Shown here piece by piece: positions 37,501-45,820 of a DNA stretch of 50,099 nucleotides. Below the pieces are notes generated by a model. It was not told where the DNA came from and searched no databases. It was given only the letters and a program-made list of their open reading frames with translations. The stretch covers positions 1 to 50,099 of the forward strand of contig CBDUYG010000001.1 in assembly GCA_965371385.1 (NCBI GenBank), given 5' to 3'. Source of the DNA: an uncultured Myxococcales bacterium. Lineage in GTDB: Bacteria > Myxococcota_A > UBA9160 > UBA4427. Positions within the stretch are counted from its first letter, which is position 1, and each line of letters opens with the position of its first letter. Made by a program: the position numbers and the translations under genes.

Positions 37501-38484
37501 GTCACCGATCAGGCGGGGGATCTCGCGACGGTGGCCATGTTCAACGGTAGGTCGGGCCCCTCCTTCTTCGATCTGGAGAACGACGGGGATCTGGACATCC
37601 TCCTCCCAATCGACATCCTGCTCGCGGGGACTCCGCTGCGCACACCCGAGCCGACCGTCGTCATCATGCGCAATGACGGAGATGGATCCTTCACTCATGT
37701 CTCGGATATCGCACTGCCCCCCGACACGCCGCTGGCCAGCGTGGTCGCGGTCGTGGGGGACTACGATGACGACGGCGCGCAGGACATCCTCGCCCCGGTG
37801 GGGCCTTTCATCGGCGAGGCCGGGGGCCTGATGCACAATCTCGTGGGCCGGGATCACGCCTCACTCCAGGTCGAACTCAATGCGGTCGACAGCGCACCCA
37901 ATGGCTACGGTGCGCGGGTTACCCTGGTCGCCGATGAGCGGGTACAGGTTCGCGAGATCCACCACTCGCCTGTCGAGCCGTGGCGAGTCCATTTCGGTCT
38001 CGGCGATGCCGAGATCGTGGACGTCCTCGAGATCCGCTGGCCCAGCGGTGTCGTCGGGATCCGGCGCGACGTGGCGGTCGATCAACGAATCACCGTGGAT
38101 GAGGACATCCCCTGCCCGGATCTGCCCGACGGGCAATGCCCCATCGTAGAGATCGACATCGATCCCGACAGCGACGAGAACCAGGTCAATCTCAGAAACA
38201 ACGGACTCCTGCGCGTCGCGATCCTCGGCTCCGATCACTTCGACACGGCCTCGATCGACGTCACGAGGACCTTCTTCGCATCGGGAAGAGCGACTCCGGA
38301 GCACAAATCGGGTGGCCATCTCGAGGATGTGAACGATGACGGGCTGCCCGATTGGGTCTCCCACTACCGCATTCCAGCGACGGGCATCGAGCCGGGCGAC
38401 GACGAAGCCTGCCTTCGCGGCCAGATGCTGGATCGCACCCCGTTCAGGGGCTGCGATCGAATCCGCATCAAGTCGCCCCGTTGA
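34555..38484 (+). CDS. Secreted multidomain protein: subtilisin-like S8 peptidase, FG-GAP/VCBS repeat region, ASPIC/UnbV domain and a C-terminal domain
   Basis: 1309 aa with a signal-like N-terminus. S8 triad motifs VAVIDTGLD, HGTHVSGTI and GTSMATPH (about 35338-36300). At least 7 FG-GAP-type Ca-binding loops, e.g. FGDFDGDELLDM, IDLDADGDLDVV, GDYDNDGDVDLL (about 36688-37809). UnbV motif GYGARVTLV...VHFGLGDAEIVDVLEIRWPSG (about 37852-38100). Confidence 0.85.
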   Translation: MMEFPMRAPSANATGYEERLLAALRTPIAAFCLIAMLGLPGAGRAGGGPSKEQATAAGPSADMVGLIEALPLDPFSSAAAASAGWTVFAPGELIVRLHARAGSQAHHALADGFSPALPGDPAAAQLDEMLRQHKAKGMRRIFKRYESADGRQIDTARAHLQRIRKARRTQNTRRLPPLPADTPDLENFFLVEMAGLETADEMDTVMAELRSNDLVAGVQPNYLHRLLIEPLPDVSTLPNDPYVSIDGTSWSQGSFGNAFPDLYGVRNLHVLEAWSLMDANGNGVFDGGETAPGQGVVVAVIDTGLDSAHPDMAGGIFINPGEIPGDGIDNDANGLVDDVSGWDFVDRDPIPEDRNGHGTHVSGTIAAGANNAEGIVGIAPFARILPLKALNDQGVGSSAALALAVHYAAAVGAHITSNSWGGVLLDPLVAAAFDSAEASGVLSFAAAGNSGQPYMLMPALYRSVVAVAAVDAGDVLASFSNWGAGLDLCAPGVNVLSLSANDHDNRLAEISGRTVGDRYLWLNGTSMATPHTSGVAALMMSLHPDESAAETLGRLVQSAISIESLNPGLEDGLGAGRVDALTSATAVRAPLLKPIAIRTGAVVAGELAIVDVEVQNLWASATGVHASLESADPGVSIVDGERDYGDLATGASASRRFEIEIAPEVEFGNELDLILTITAHDAPTHVHEFSVRGSFFENQDYLAKLEPVPLVVVGASFGDFDGDELLDMGVGAAFAKTQLYRQQLDGTFEKHQPKGSGFLRSPIFADMNNDGLLDMLAIGPSSYRGAALAINVGGGRFEVLPDSSGFRFPQYRRITGFTPIDLDADGDLDVVAGVYSLFRDDQGVLRNIVVLRNNGDLTFSDAWAATGMGRLMGSHQFMTLDWDGDGFQDLLGLHRYANRVAIHRNDGKGGFEDVTRIAFPKGSLTCNDWWKGVCDFFESAAAGDYDNDGDVDLLLIHQQNVSSEDQPVAMLLANDGTGAYSDVTDQAGDLATVAMFNGRSGPSFFDLENDGDLDILLPIDILLAGTPLRTPEPTVVIMRNDGDGSFTHVSDIALPPDTPLASVVAVVGDYDDDGAQDILAPVGPFIGEAGGLMHNLVGRDHASLQVELNAVDSAPNGYGARVTLVADERVQVREIHHSPVEPWRVHFGLGDAEIVDVLEIRWPSGVVGIRRDVAVDQRITVDEDIPCPDLPDGQCPIVEIDIDPDSDENQVNLRNNGLLRVAILGSDHFDTASIDVTRTFFASGRATPEHKSGGHLEDVNDDGLPDWVSHYRIPATGIEPGDDEACLRGQMLDRTPFRGCDRIRIKSPR

Positions 38485-38691
38485 TCCTGGGGATACGCTC
38501 GGCGCCTCGTCGAGAAGTTCAACGACGAGCGTGCCGGGTCAGGTCCGCGCTTGCGCTGAGTTCCACGATCGCCTCAGGTCGCCCACCGACTCTTCGTCCC
38601 TGGCCTTCGAACCAAAGGCGGGAGGGACATGGCGTCACCCCGTGCGATCGCCTACTCGCCGCCGCCAACCTCGAGTTCGAGATACCGAGGC

Positions 38692-41600
38692 TCAGGCCAT
38701 CATCTCGCCCATTTCGCGCAGCTGCGCCACGGCGTCGTCGGGCAGTACGGGGGGCTCCTTCCCGACCGCGTAGCAGCCCAGGATGATCTCGGCGGTTCGC
38801 TCGACCACCTCGGCCATGTCGGCGGCTTTGCGAAGGCTCATCCCACCCACCACCAGACCGTGATTCTTGAGCAGGATCGCGTGGGCATCCTGCGCGGCCT
38901 TCCCGACCTCCTCCGCCAGCTCGCTGCTGCCCGGCATGATGAAGGGCAGCCGCGGGATCTCGCCGAAAAAGGCCGCCTCGGTTGAAATGGGGAGGAAGGG
39001 GAGGTCGGCGTTGGCAAGGATCGTTGCGTGAGGAGCGTGGCAGTGGATCACCGCATGGGTCCGGGGCCGCGCCTGGTAGATTGCGATATGCACCATACTT
39101 TCACTCGACGGGCTACCTCCCTCGCCGATCTTCTTTCCGTCCATCCCGACCTTCACCATGATCTCGGGGTCGAGACTGCCCTTGAACATGGCGCTCGGCG
39201 TGATCCACATCGCCTCCTCGCCGGGGATGCGGACGCTCACGTTGCCTCCCGTCGCCGTGATGAGCGCGATGTGATAGAGCTCGTCCACCACATCGCAGAG
39301 ATCGTCGCGCACGTCTCCCACGCGGCGCCGACCGACCGGGACGCCCGGCGCTGCAGCCGCTGCGCCCCTGCCCCGCTTCTTCTTGCCGCCGGCCGCCTTG
39401 GCGAACTTCTCGAGGTCCCCCGGATCGCCGACCTTCTCTCGCGCCCCCTGGTAGAGACGGCTCAGCCCGCCCAGGATGTCCTGGATCGTCATCGCCTTGG
39501 CGGCGTCGCCCATGAAGCTGAGCTCGCCCTCCATGGCCTTCTCCATGGCGTTGATCTTGCCGGTGAACATGCCGTCCAGGATATAGGCCTTCATCTTGAG
39601 CTGGACGTCGGCATCCTCCTTGGGCGCACCCATACCGCCGCTGATGGCGCCGCCCGTGAAGCGGAACCAGAATTCCTCGCCGAGGTCACTGACGTTGAAG
39701 TGCAGCGCGACGTCCTGGGGCACATCGCTCGCAAGGTCTGCGTCGCTGATGATGCCCTGCACGAACTCTCTGCAGATGCGCGCCATGATCTGGCGATTTT
39801 CTTCGGGGATCTCGTCCGCCATGCTCTCCTCCTCCTCGTTGCCCTGCCCTCGTGCGGCAGTGCTTCTCGCCGATCTCCCGGCCGACCCGGGCTTCTTCTG
39901 TAGATCCGAGACCGCGGGGCCCGCCGTGTCGGCCAGCGCCGCCAGCGCCTCGGGATCCGGCTCGGGCCGGGGCCGACTCAGATCGAGACCCTCCAGACAC
40001 TCGGGATTGAGTGCATGACGCGGCCGTTCGCCCTGCAGAATGCGCCGCAAGTCCTCGGCGATGATGCGTCCCTGGTGGGTCGCCACCTCATAGGTGTTGC
40101 CGCCGATGTGGGGTGTGGCGATTACATTTTCGAGTTGGAGCAGGGGATGATCCCAGCCGGGCGGCTCCACGGAGAAGACGTCGATGGCCGCCGCGCGGAT
40201 GTGGCCATCCTCCAGGGCATCCACCAACGCATCCTCATCGATCAGGGCCGCGCGGGCGGTGTTGATGAAGAAGGCTCCCGGCTTCATGGCCCGGAACTGC
40301 TCCGCGCCCATCATGCCCACGGTGCTCTCGCTGGCGGGCAGATGCAGGCTCACGAAGTCACTCTGCTCGAGCAGCTCGAGAAAGCTCACCTTGCTGGCGC
40401 CATGGAGAGCGGCCTGCTCGCCGGTGACGAAGGGATCGGAGACGATGACCCGCACGCCGAAGGGAACCAGCCTCTCGGCCGTCTTCTTTCCGACCGCCCC
40501 AAAGCCCACCAGGCCGAATGTCTTGCGCCAGAGCTCCCGCCCCTGGAGCTGCCCGAAGGCCGCACCCATCTTGCCGAGATCGCCTGCCTCCACGTCTTCG
40601 TCACGCAGAAACTCGTTGGCTTCGAAGAGCCTGCGGGCGAGACTGATCGCGTAGCCCACGGTGAGGTCCGCCACCGCGTCGGCATTGCGACCGGGCGCGT
40701 TGATCACCGGGATCCCCAGGGCGGTCATGCCCGGGATGTCGATGTTGACCGGATCGCCGCGGCAGGTGGCGATGACACGCAGATCCTTGCACTTCTGGAT
40801 CGACTCCGTGTCGACCGGATCGACCTCGCAGATGAATACTTCGTGACCTTGCAGCGCCTCGACGAGGCCCGGCCCCGTGAGCAGGGTGTGGGTCTCGCGG
40901 AAGCTCTTGTAGGTGATGTCGCCGAGCTCTCCCAGGGCCGACAGGGACTCGTCGTCCATGCTGGCCGAGATCAGGATCCTGGTGCGGCGCAGCTCCTTCG
41001 CCTGGGAGTCGGCGTCGGCCGCCGACGTCAGCATCTGGACCATCTTGATTTGCTGGCCCACGGCGATCGACTCGGCCTGGGCTTCGCGCAGGCGATCCCA
41101 GTCCGCATACAAGGCCTGATAGCGGTTGCTGATCCCGGCCTCGGGAGAGAAGCGGCGACTTCGCCGAGCCAGGGCCCGGGCGCCCGCCTCGAGACTCTCG
41201 AAGACCCCCGCGCCCACCCCAGCGCAGAACGCTGCACCCAGGGCCGAGGCCTCGTGACAGTCGCCGGCCTCGACCTCGACCCCCAGTACGTCGCTCAGGA
41301 TCTGGGCGAAGACGTCGCTGCGCGACAGGCCACCGGCGAGCATCACCCTCTCGGCCTTGCTCGAAACGACCGCCTCCAGCAGCTCGAGGTTCTTCTTCAA
41401 GCCGAAGGCGAGGCCTTCGACGACCGCACGGGCGAGATCGGAGCGCTCGGGCCGACCCGAGGTCAGGAGATGGCTCAGGCTGATGCTGCCGAAGGGGAGC
41501 TGGATCCGGGTTCCATCCTGCACGCCGGCTCCGAATGTGGACAGGATCCCCTGGGAGCCCGGCGCCGCCAGGGCCGCACTGCCCAGCAGTGCAGCGGCAG

Positions 41601-42591
41601 GACTGGGCGAGGTGGGATGCAGCATCCGACCGATCCAGTCGAGGGCCTCGCCGACCGGCCCGGGGTTGGCCTCGAGGAGGAAGCGCCCGGGTACCACGTG
41701 CTGGCCCGACCAGGCCCGATACTCGGGGTCGATGCGGGGTTCGTCCAGAATCCATTGCACGGGAGCGGTCGTGCCCGCGACGATTCCCACCGCCCCGGGC
41801 CGGCTGGCCCCCACGCCGAGCATTCCGCATTGGGTGTCCGCTCCCCCGACCGCGACGACGATGCCGGGCCTGAGGCCGAGCTTCTCGGCCGCATCGGCAC
41901 CGAGTTGGCCCAGCTTCTCCCCCGACACCCGCACCTCCGGAAACACGAGCGGCGAGAGCCCGATCTCTTCGATGAGGTCGTCGGCCCAACGACCGTCCGC
42001 GATATCAAAGATGCCGGTCTCGCAAGCCTGGGAGCGATCCGTCACCAGCTCGCCGCAGAGTCGGTATGCGACCCAATCGTTCAGGCTGACGATCGATCGG
42101 GCCCGCGCGAACGCTTCGGCATTGGTTTGTGCCAGCCAGACCAGGCGCGCCACCGGGAAGCCCGGGTTGGGGAAACGCCCGGTGCGCTTCGCGATCTCGG
42201 GGCCGTGCTCGCTCGCCAGGGTGATGCCCTGGAGTGCGGCGCGCCCATCGCGATTGGGACCCGCGTAGAGCACCTCTCCGTGATCGCCCAGGATGACGGT
42301 TCCGAAGCGCATGGCGCTGACCGCAATCCCCACGACGTCCTCGACCGGGGTGCCGCTCTGCTCGAGCACTCGTCGCGTCGCGGTGCAGAGATCGAGAAAC
42401 ATCGCATCGAGGTCGGCATCGAAGCCGACGCCCCCGGTGCCCACCGCCTGGGGAAAGGCCCAGGGAACGAGAGCGGAGGTCGTCTCGCCGCTGCTCGTGT
42501 CCAACAGGAGCGCGCGACCACCCCCCCCACCGATATCAAGTCCGACCACACTACTCATGCGTTCACTCACATCCCTCGAATCGAGAGCCAT
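38692..42591 (-). CDS. Four-domain fusion protein: FGGY carbohydrate kinase, D-isomer-specific 2-hydroxyacid dehydrogenase, SCP2 domain, class II aldolase/adducin-N domain
   Basis: One 1299-codon ORF with no internal stop.
- **FGGY, aa ~13-505 (nt 41077-42555):** VVGLDIGGGGG, VGGADTQCGMLGVG, MLAGGLSRS...EASALGAAFCAG.
- **2-HADH, aa ~537-862 (nt 40006-40983):** GFGAVGKKTA, INTAR, DVFSVEP, ATPHIGGNT.
- **SCP2, aa ~935-1045 (nt 39457-39789):** ADVQLKMKAYILDGMFTGKINAMEKAMEGELSFMGD.
- **Aldolase_II, aa ~1092-1275 (nt 38767-39318):** SSESMVH, VIHCHAPH, LLKNHGLVVGG. Confidence 0.85.
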   Translation of the reverse strand: MALDSRDVSERMSSVVGLDIGGGGGRALLLDTSSGETTSALVPWAFPQAVGTGGVGFDADLDAMFLDLCTATRRVLEQSGTPVEDVVGIAVSAMRFGTVILGDHGEVLYAGPNRDGRAALQGITLASEHGPEIAKRTGRFPNPGFPVARLVWLAQTNAEAFARARSIVSLNDWVAYRLCGELVTDRSQACETGIFDIADGRWADDLIEEIGLSPLVFPEVRVSGEKLGQLGADAAEKLGLRPGIVVAVGGADTQCGMLGVGASRPGAVGIVAGTTAPVQWILDEPRIDPEYRAWSGQHVVPGRFLLEANPGPVGEALDWIGRMLHPTSPSPAAALLGSAALAAPGSQGILSTFGAGVQDGTRIQLPFGSISLSHLLTSGRPERSDLARAVVEGLAFGLKKNLELLEAVVSSKAERVMLAGGLSRSDVFAQILSDVLGVEVEAGDCHEASALGAAFCAGVGAGVFESLEAGARALARRSRRFSPEAGISNRYQALYADWDRLREAQAESIAVGQQIKMVQMLTSAADADSQAKELRRTRILISASMDDESLSALGELGDITYKSFRETHTLLTGPGLVEALQGHEVFICEVDPVDTESIQKCKDLRVIATCRGDPVNIDIPGMTALGIPVINAPGRNADAVADLTVGYAISLARRLFEANEFLRDEDVEAGDLGKMGAAFGQLQGRELWRKTFGLVGFGAVGKKTAERLVPFGVRVIVSDPFVTGEQAALHGASKVSFLELLEQSDFVSLHLPASESTVGMMGAEQFRAMKPGAFFINTARAALIDEDALVDALEDGHIRAAAIDVFSVEPPGWDHPLLQLENVIATPHIGGNTYEVATHQGRIIAEDLRRILQGERPRHALNPECLEGLDLSRPRPEPDPEALAALADTAGPAVSDLQKKPGSAGRSARSTAARGQGNEEEESMADEIPEENRQIMARICREFVQGIISDADLASDVPQDVALHFNVSDLGEEFWFRFTGGAISGGMGAPKEDADVQLKMKAYILDGMFTGKINAMEKAMEGELSFMGDAAKAMTIQDILGGLSRLYQGAREKVGDPGDLEKFAKAAGGKKKRGRGAAAAAPGVPVGRRRVGDVRDDLCDVVDELYHIALITATGGNVSVRIPGEEAMWITPSAMFKGSLDPEIMVKVGMDGKKIGEGGSPSSESMVHIAIYQARPRTHAVIHCHAPHATILANADLPFLPISTEAAFFGEIPRLPFIMPGSSELAEEVGKAAQDAHAILLKNHGLVVGGMSLRKAADMAEVVERTAEIILGCYAVGKEPPVLPDDAVAQLREMGEMMA

Positions 42592-42777
42592 TGGGGGTGA
42601 CCGCTTCGCCTCGTCATCCGATCAGGGGATCGTCTACCCAAGCCAGAACAATTCGTCAAAGCGTATATACATTCAGTCTACCGCGCAAATTTGCCACGTT
42701 TCACAGGCGGTCGCAACTCGGGGCGCTGCCAGACACTGGATGCGGTGCCTCGCGCAAGATCCCTGCCTGCCCGAGGG

Positions 42778-42938
42778 CCCTGGGAGTCTGGCGGCTCGGC
42801 TGGCGCCAGCGCAGCGCGGTAGACGGTTGGGGATTCCGAGCGGGGTGATGCGCCCCATCGAAGAGAAGGCCGACGCATCCGTGGCCCGATGCTGGAGCGC
42901 ACCCGTTTACGGGCTGCGATCGAATCAGCTCCAGGTCG
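42778..42938 (-). pseudogene. Remnant of the 3' end of an anmK paralogue (frameshifted, about 50 codons)
   Basis: Translation ASAFSSMGRITPLGIPNRLPRCAGASRAARLPG matches the AnmK C-terminus AMAFSLMGRNALLGIPNHLPRCTGASRAAVLGE at 23/33. The nucleotide core at 42815-42841 matches 32355-32381 at 25/27. Upstream similarity (DLELIRS vs VQLDRF) continues only in another frame, and an in-frame TAA lies upstream. Confidence 0.6.
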
Positions 42939-42943
42939 CGATG

Positions 42944-44092
42944 CTAACTCTGGAGACGCTCGGCCTCGTCGAGGAGCTCATCGACGAGCGTGTCCAGCCA
43001 GGTCTGCGCGTGCGAGCTGGAGAGCAGGGTCCTGAAGGCGGGCCAGCCGGCATCCGCCAGAGCGTCGATCGGCGGGCGGGCCCCGCCCTCCGTGAGCTGC
43101 AACACCTGGCCCAGGCTCTTCCCGGCGGAGGCTTCCATCGCCCGATCGATCCAGGCGTCGATATTCGCCCGCGTCTCCGGCATGCCCGCCACGTGTCGCG
43201 CAGTGAGCTCCACGATCTCTCCCAGGTCGCCCACCAGCTCTTCGTCAGCGGCTTTCAGATGGAAGGCGGGAGACTTCGACAGCATGAAGCCTGCAATGTT
43301 GATGCGGAGCTCGATCGAGGACGGGTCGTCGAGCCTGTCGATCGCGACGTCGGCCGCGCTCTCGAGCACGCGCCCTGTGCTGTCGGCCAGGAACGACTTG
43401 ATTTCGGGCTCGATGAGCTTCTCCAGCTCATCGATCAGCTTCTCCATCATGGCTCCGGCGCCACCCAGCATCCCGAAGCGCCCCATGGGAGAGACCTTCA
43501 CCAGCATGCGCGGCAGAAGTGTCGAGAAGTCCTTCAAGGTGCGGTAGAGCGCGTCGTTGACCACTCCTTCCACGGCCTCGCCGCGGAACATGGCGCGAAG
43601 CAGATCGGGGTCGACGAGCCCGGGCCGCGCCAGGGTCTCGCGTAACCTGTCGTGCGCCTCGGGCGGGAGAAGCCGATCGATCGGCTCTTCGGCCGCGCGC
43701 AGCTCGGAGAGAATCGAGCGGGCGATTCCCGCAACGATCGGCCGCGACAACTCTGTCATGAGATCGGGGTCCAGCAGCCGATCGGCCAGCTCTCTCGCGG
43801 CATCACGATCGATGAGGTCGTGAACCGGTGTGGCGAGGAGATGATCCCAGCCGGCTTGCCAGAGCCGGCGCCACTCCTCCCTTGGGCGCTCTCCCTCCAT
43901 GAGCCGGGCCCGAAGCCAACGCTTCAGCTCCCCACGTTGGTCGTCGTCGGCGCCCATGAGACCGACCTTAGCCCGCGCCATGGGGTTGGGGTAGCCTGCT
44001 GGCAGCCCGCTGAAAAACCCTTCGGCCGCCATGCACGGCCCTTGGGACCGATCTCTGCGTTGGGGGCCCCCGGAGCTGGGCTTCCCGGTCAC
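42944..44092 (-). CDS. Hypothetical protein (predicted mostly helical, no family recognised)
   Basis: 382-codon ORF with GC3-rich codon usage like its neighbours. No recognisable motif. Possible later starts at 44032 or 43981. Confidence 0.5.
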   Translation of the reverse strand: MTGKPSSGGPQRRDRSQGPCMAAEGFFSGLPAGYPNPMARAKVGLMGADDDQRGELKRWLRARLMEGERPREEWRRLWQAGWDHLLATPVHDLIDRDAARELADRLLDPDLMTELSRPIVAGIARSILSELRAAEEPIDRLLPPEAHDRLRETLARPGLVDPDLLRAMFRGEAVEGVVNDALYRTLKDFSTLLPRMLVKVSPMGRFGMLGGAGAMMEKLIDELEKLIEPEIKSFLADSTGRVLESAADVAIDRLDDPSSIELRINIAGFMLSKSPAFHLKAADEELVGDLGEIVELTARHVAGMPETRANIDAWIDRAMEASAGKSLGQVLQLTEGGARPPIDALADAGWPAFRTLLSSSHAQTWLDTLVDELLDEAERLQS

Positions 44093-44267
44093 TGCGTGGA
44101 CCGCGATAACTTGCCGTGGCGTGAACTACGGCGGCGTTTCCGCGCCTCAACGGCCGGCAGAGCCGGCTAGGCATCGGTGGCCTTCGGCCACCTCGTCTCG
44201 GGCCAGACGACCGCACCTGGCTCGGTCAGGGTTCTTCAACGGCCCGCCAGCCGAGGCAAGGAAAACG

Positions 44268-45737
44268 ATGGACGAGCTGAGCTACCGATCGGCCCGCGAC
44301 TGCCTGGCGCTCTTGCGCAAGGGCGAGGTGAGCTCCGTCGAGCTCGTCGATTCCTGCATCGCACGCATCGAGTCCCTGAATCCCGAGATCAATGCGGTCG
44401 TAGCAACGAACTACGATCGAGCGCGGGAGTGCGCGCGGGCCTCCGACGCGGCGCGCTCGCGTGGTGAGGAGCTCGGCGCGCTGCACGGTCTTCCGATGAC
44501 GATCAAGGATTCGTTCGAGACCGCGGGCCTGGTGACGACATCGGGTGCGCCGGAGCTGCGCGATCACATCCCCCGTCAGGACGCAGTGGCGGTCGCTCGC
44601 GTGATCGACGCCGGCGCGATCGTCCTGGGAAAAACCAACCTGCCCCTCTATGCGGGCGATTGGCAGAGCTACAACGAGGTATACGGGCGCAGCAACAACC
44701 CCTGGGACCTGACGCGCACCGTGGGAGGCTCCTCGGGCGGCAGCGCCGCATCGATCGCTGCGGGCTTCGTCCCGCTCGAGATCGGCAGCGACATCGCAGG
44801 GTCGATTCGAATTCCCGCCGGCTATTGCGGTGTCTATGGGCACAAGCCTACGTACGGAATCGTTCCCGTACGCGGCCACATCCCGGGACCGCCGGGGACC
44901 CTGGGCGAGCCCGACCTGGCCGTGGCGGGCCCTCTTGCTCGAAGTGCTGCCGACCTTCGCCTGGCCCTCGACGTCATCGCGGGTCCGGACGATCTCTCGG
45001 CGAGCGGATGGAGACTCGAGCTGCCGCCGCCACGCGCCGAGGAGCTGAAGGATTTCCGCGTCGGGGTCTGGCTCGACGACCCGCTCTGCCCGATCGAGAC
45101 GGCCGTACGCGCGGAGCTCGAGGCCACGGTCGTCGCGCTCCGGCCGCACGCGCAGCTCATCGACCTCGCTCTTCCATTCAGGCTGGAGGACATCGTCCCG
45201 GGTTATCTGCAGCTGCTGACGAGCGTCGTGGCCCCAGACATTCCGCGGGCACTCCGTCTGCTCACGAGCCTCTTGCTGCCCTACTACTCACTGGCCGATC
45301 GAATCGGAAGCGAGACGAACCTGATGACGAAGAACGGGGCGCGGGGCATGCACCTCTCCCACTCCGACTGGATTCGCGCCGACGAGGCTCGCAACCGACT
45401 TCGCCGACAGTGCCACGCGCTCTTCGACCACGTCGACGTGCTGCTGACACCCGTCACTCCCTTTACGGCGTTTCCTCATCAGACCGGCGGACATCACCTA
45501 TCGCGGCGAATCGACGTGGACGGAGAGGCGCGCCCCTACATGGACCACGTCCCGTGGATCGCGCTGGCAACGTCGGCATTCCTGCCGGCTACCAGCGCGC
45601 CGGTGGGGATCACCCCGGACGGACTTCCGGTCGACGTGCAGATCATCGGTCCGCATCTGGGCGACGAGACGACGATCCGTTTCGCGGAGCTGCTGGCAGA
45701 CGTTCGAGGTGGATTCAAAAAGCCGCCCGGCTGTTGA
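44268..45737 (+). CDS. Amidase-signature family amidase
   Basis: MDELSYRSARDCLALLRKGEVSSVELV is a typical N-terminus. Signature GGSSGGSAASIAAG and catalytic-region motifs (LHGLPMTIKD...). ATG at 44268; the tracked ORF starts at 44031. Confidence 0.85.
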   Translation: MDELSYRSARDCLALLRKGEVSSVELVDSCIARIESLNPEINAVVATNYDRARECARASDAARSRGEELGALHGLPMTIKDSFETAGLVTTSGAPELRDHIPRQDAVAVARVIDAGAIVLGKTNLPLYAGDWQSYNEVYGRSNNPWDLTRTVGGSSGGSAASIAAGFVPLEIGSDIAGSIRIPAGYCGVYGHKPTYGIVPVRGHIPGPPGTLGEPDLAVAGPLARSAADLRLALDVIAGPDDLSASGWRLELPPPRAEELKDFRVGVWLDDPLCPIETAVRAELEATVVALRPHAQLIDLALPFRLEDIVPGYLQLLTSVVAPDIPRALRLLTSLLLPYYSLADRIGSETNLMTKNGARGMHLSHSDWIRADEARNRLRRQCHALFDHVDVLLTPVTPFTAFPHQTGGHHLSRRIDVDGEARPYMDHVPWIALATSAFLPATSAPVGITPDGLPVDVQIIGPHLGDETTIRFAELLADVRGGFKKPPGC

Positions 45738-45820
45738 GTCCGCAGCGCTCCGGGGACCCACTGGGCCTGCGCCGTTCGGCAGGCGGTTGACACACCCGGC
45801 TCGGTGCTCACGCTGGATGC

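Noticed and set aside
32294-42938. Model in which the two anmK 3' ends are attL/attR of an island integrated into anmK
   Set aside because: The remnant lies on the 5' side of the intact gene, which is the wrong geometry for 3'-end integration. No integrase, tRNA or other mobility gene is present, and the repeats have diverged. Recorded only as a rearrangement scar.
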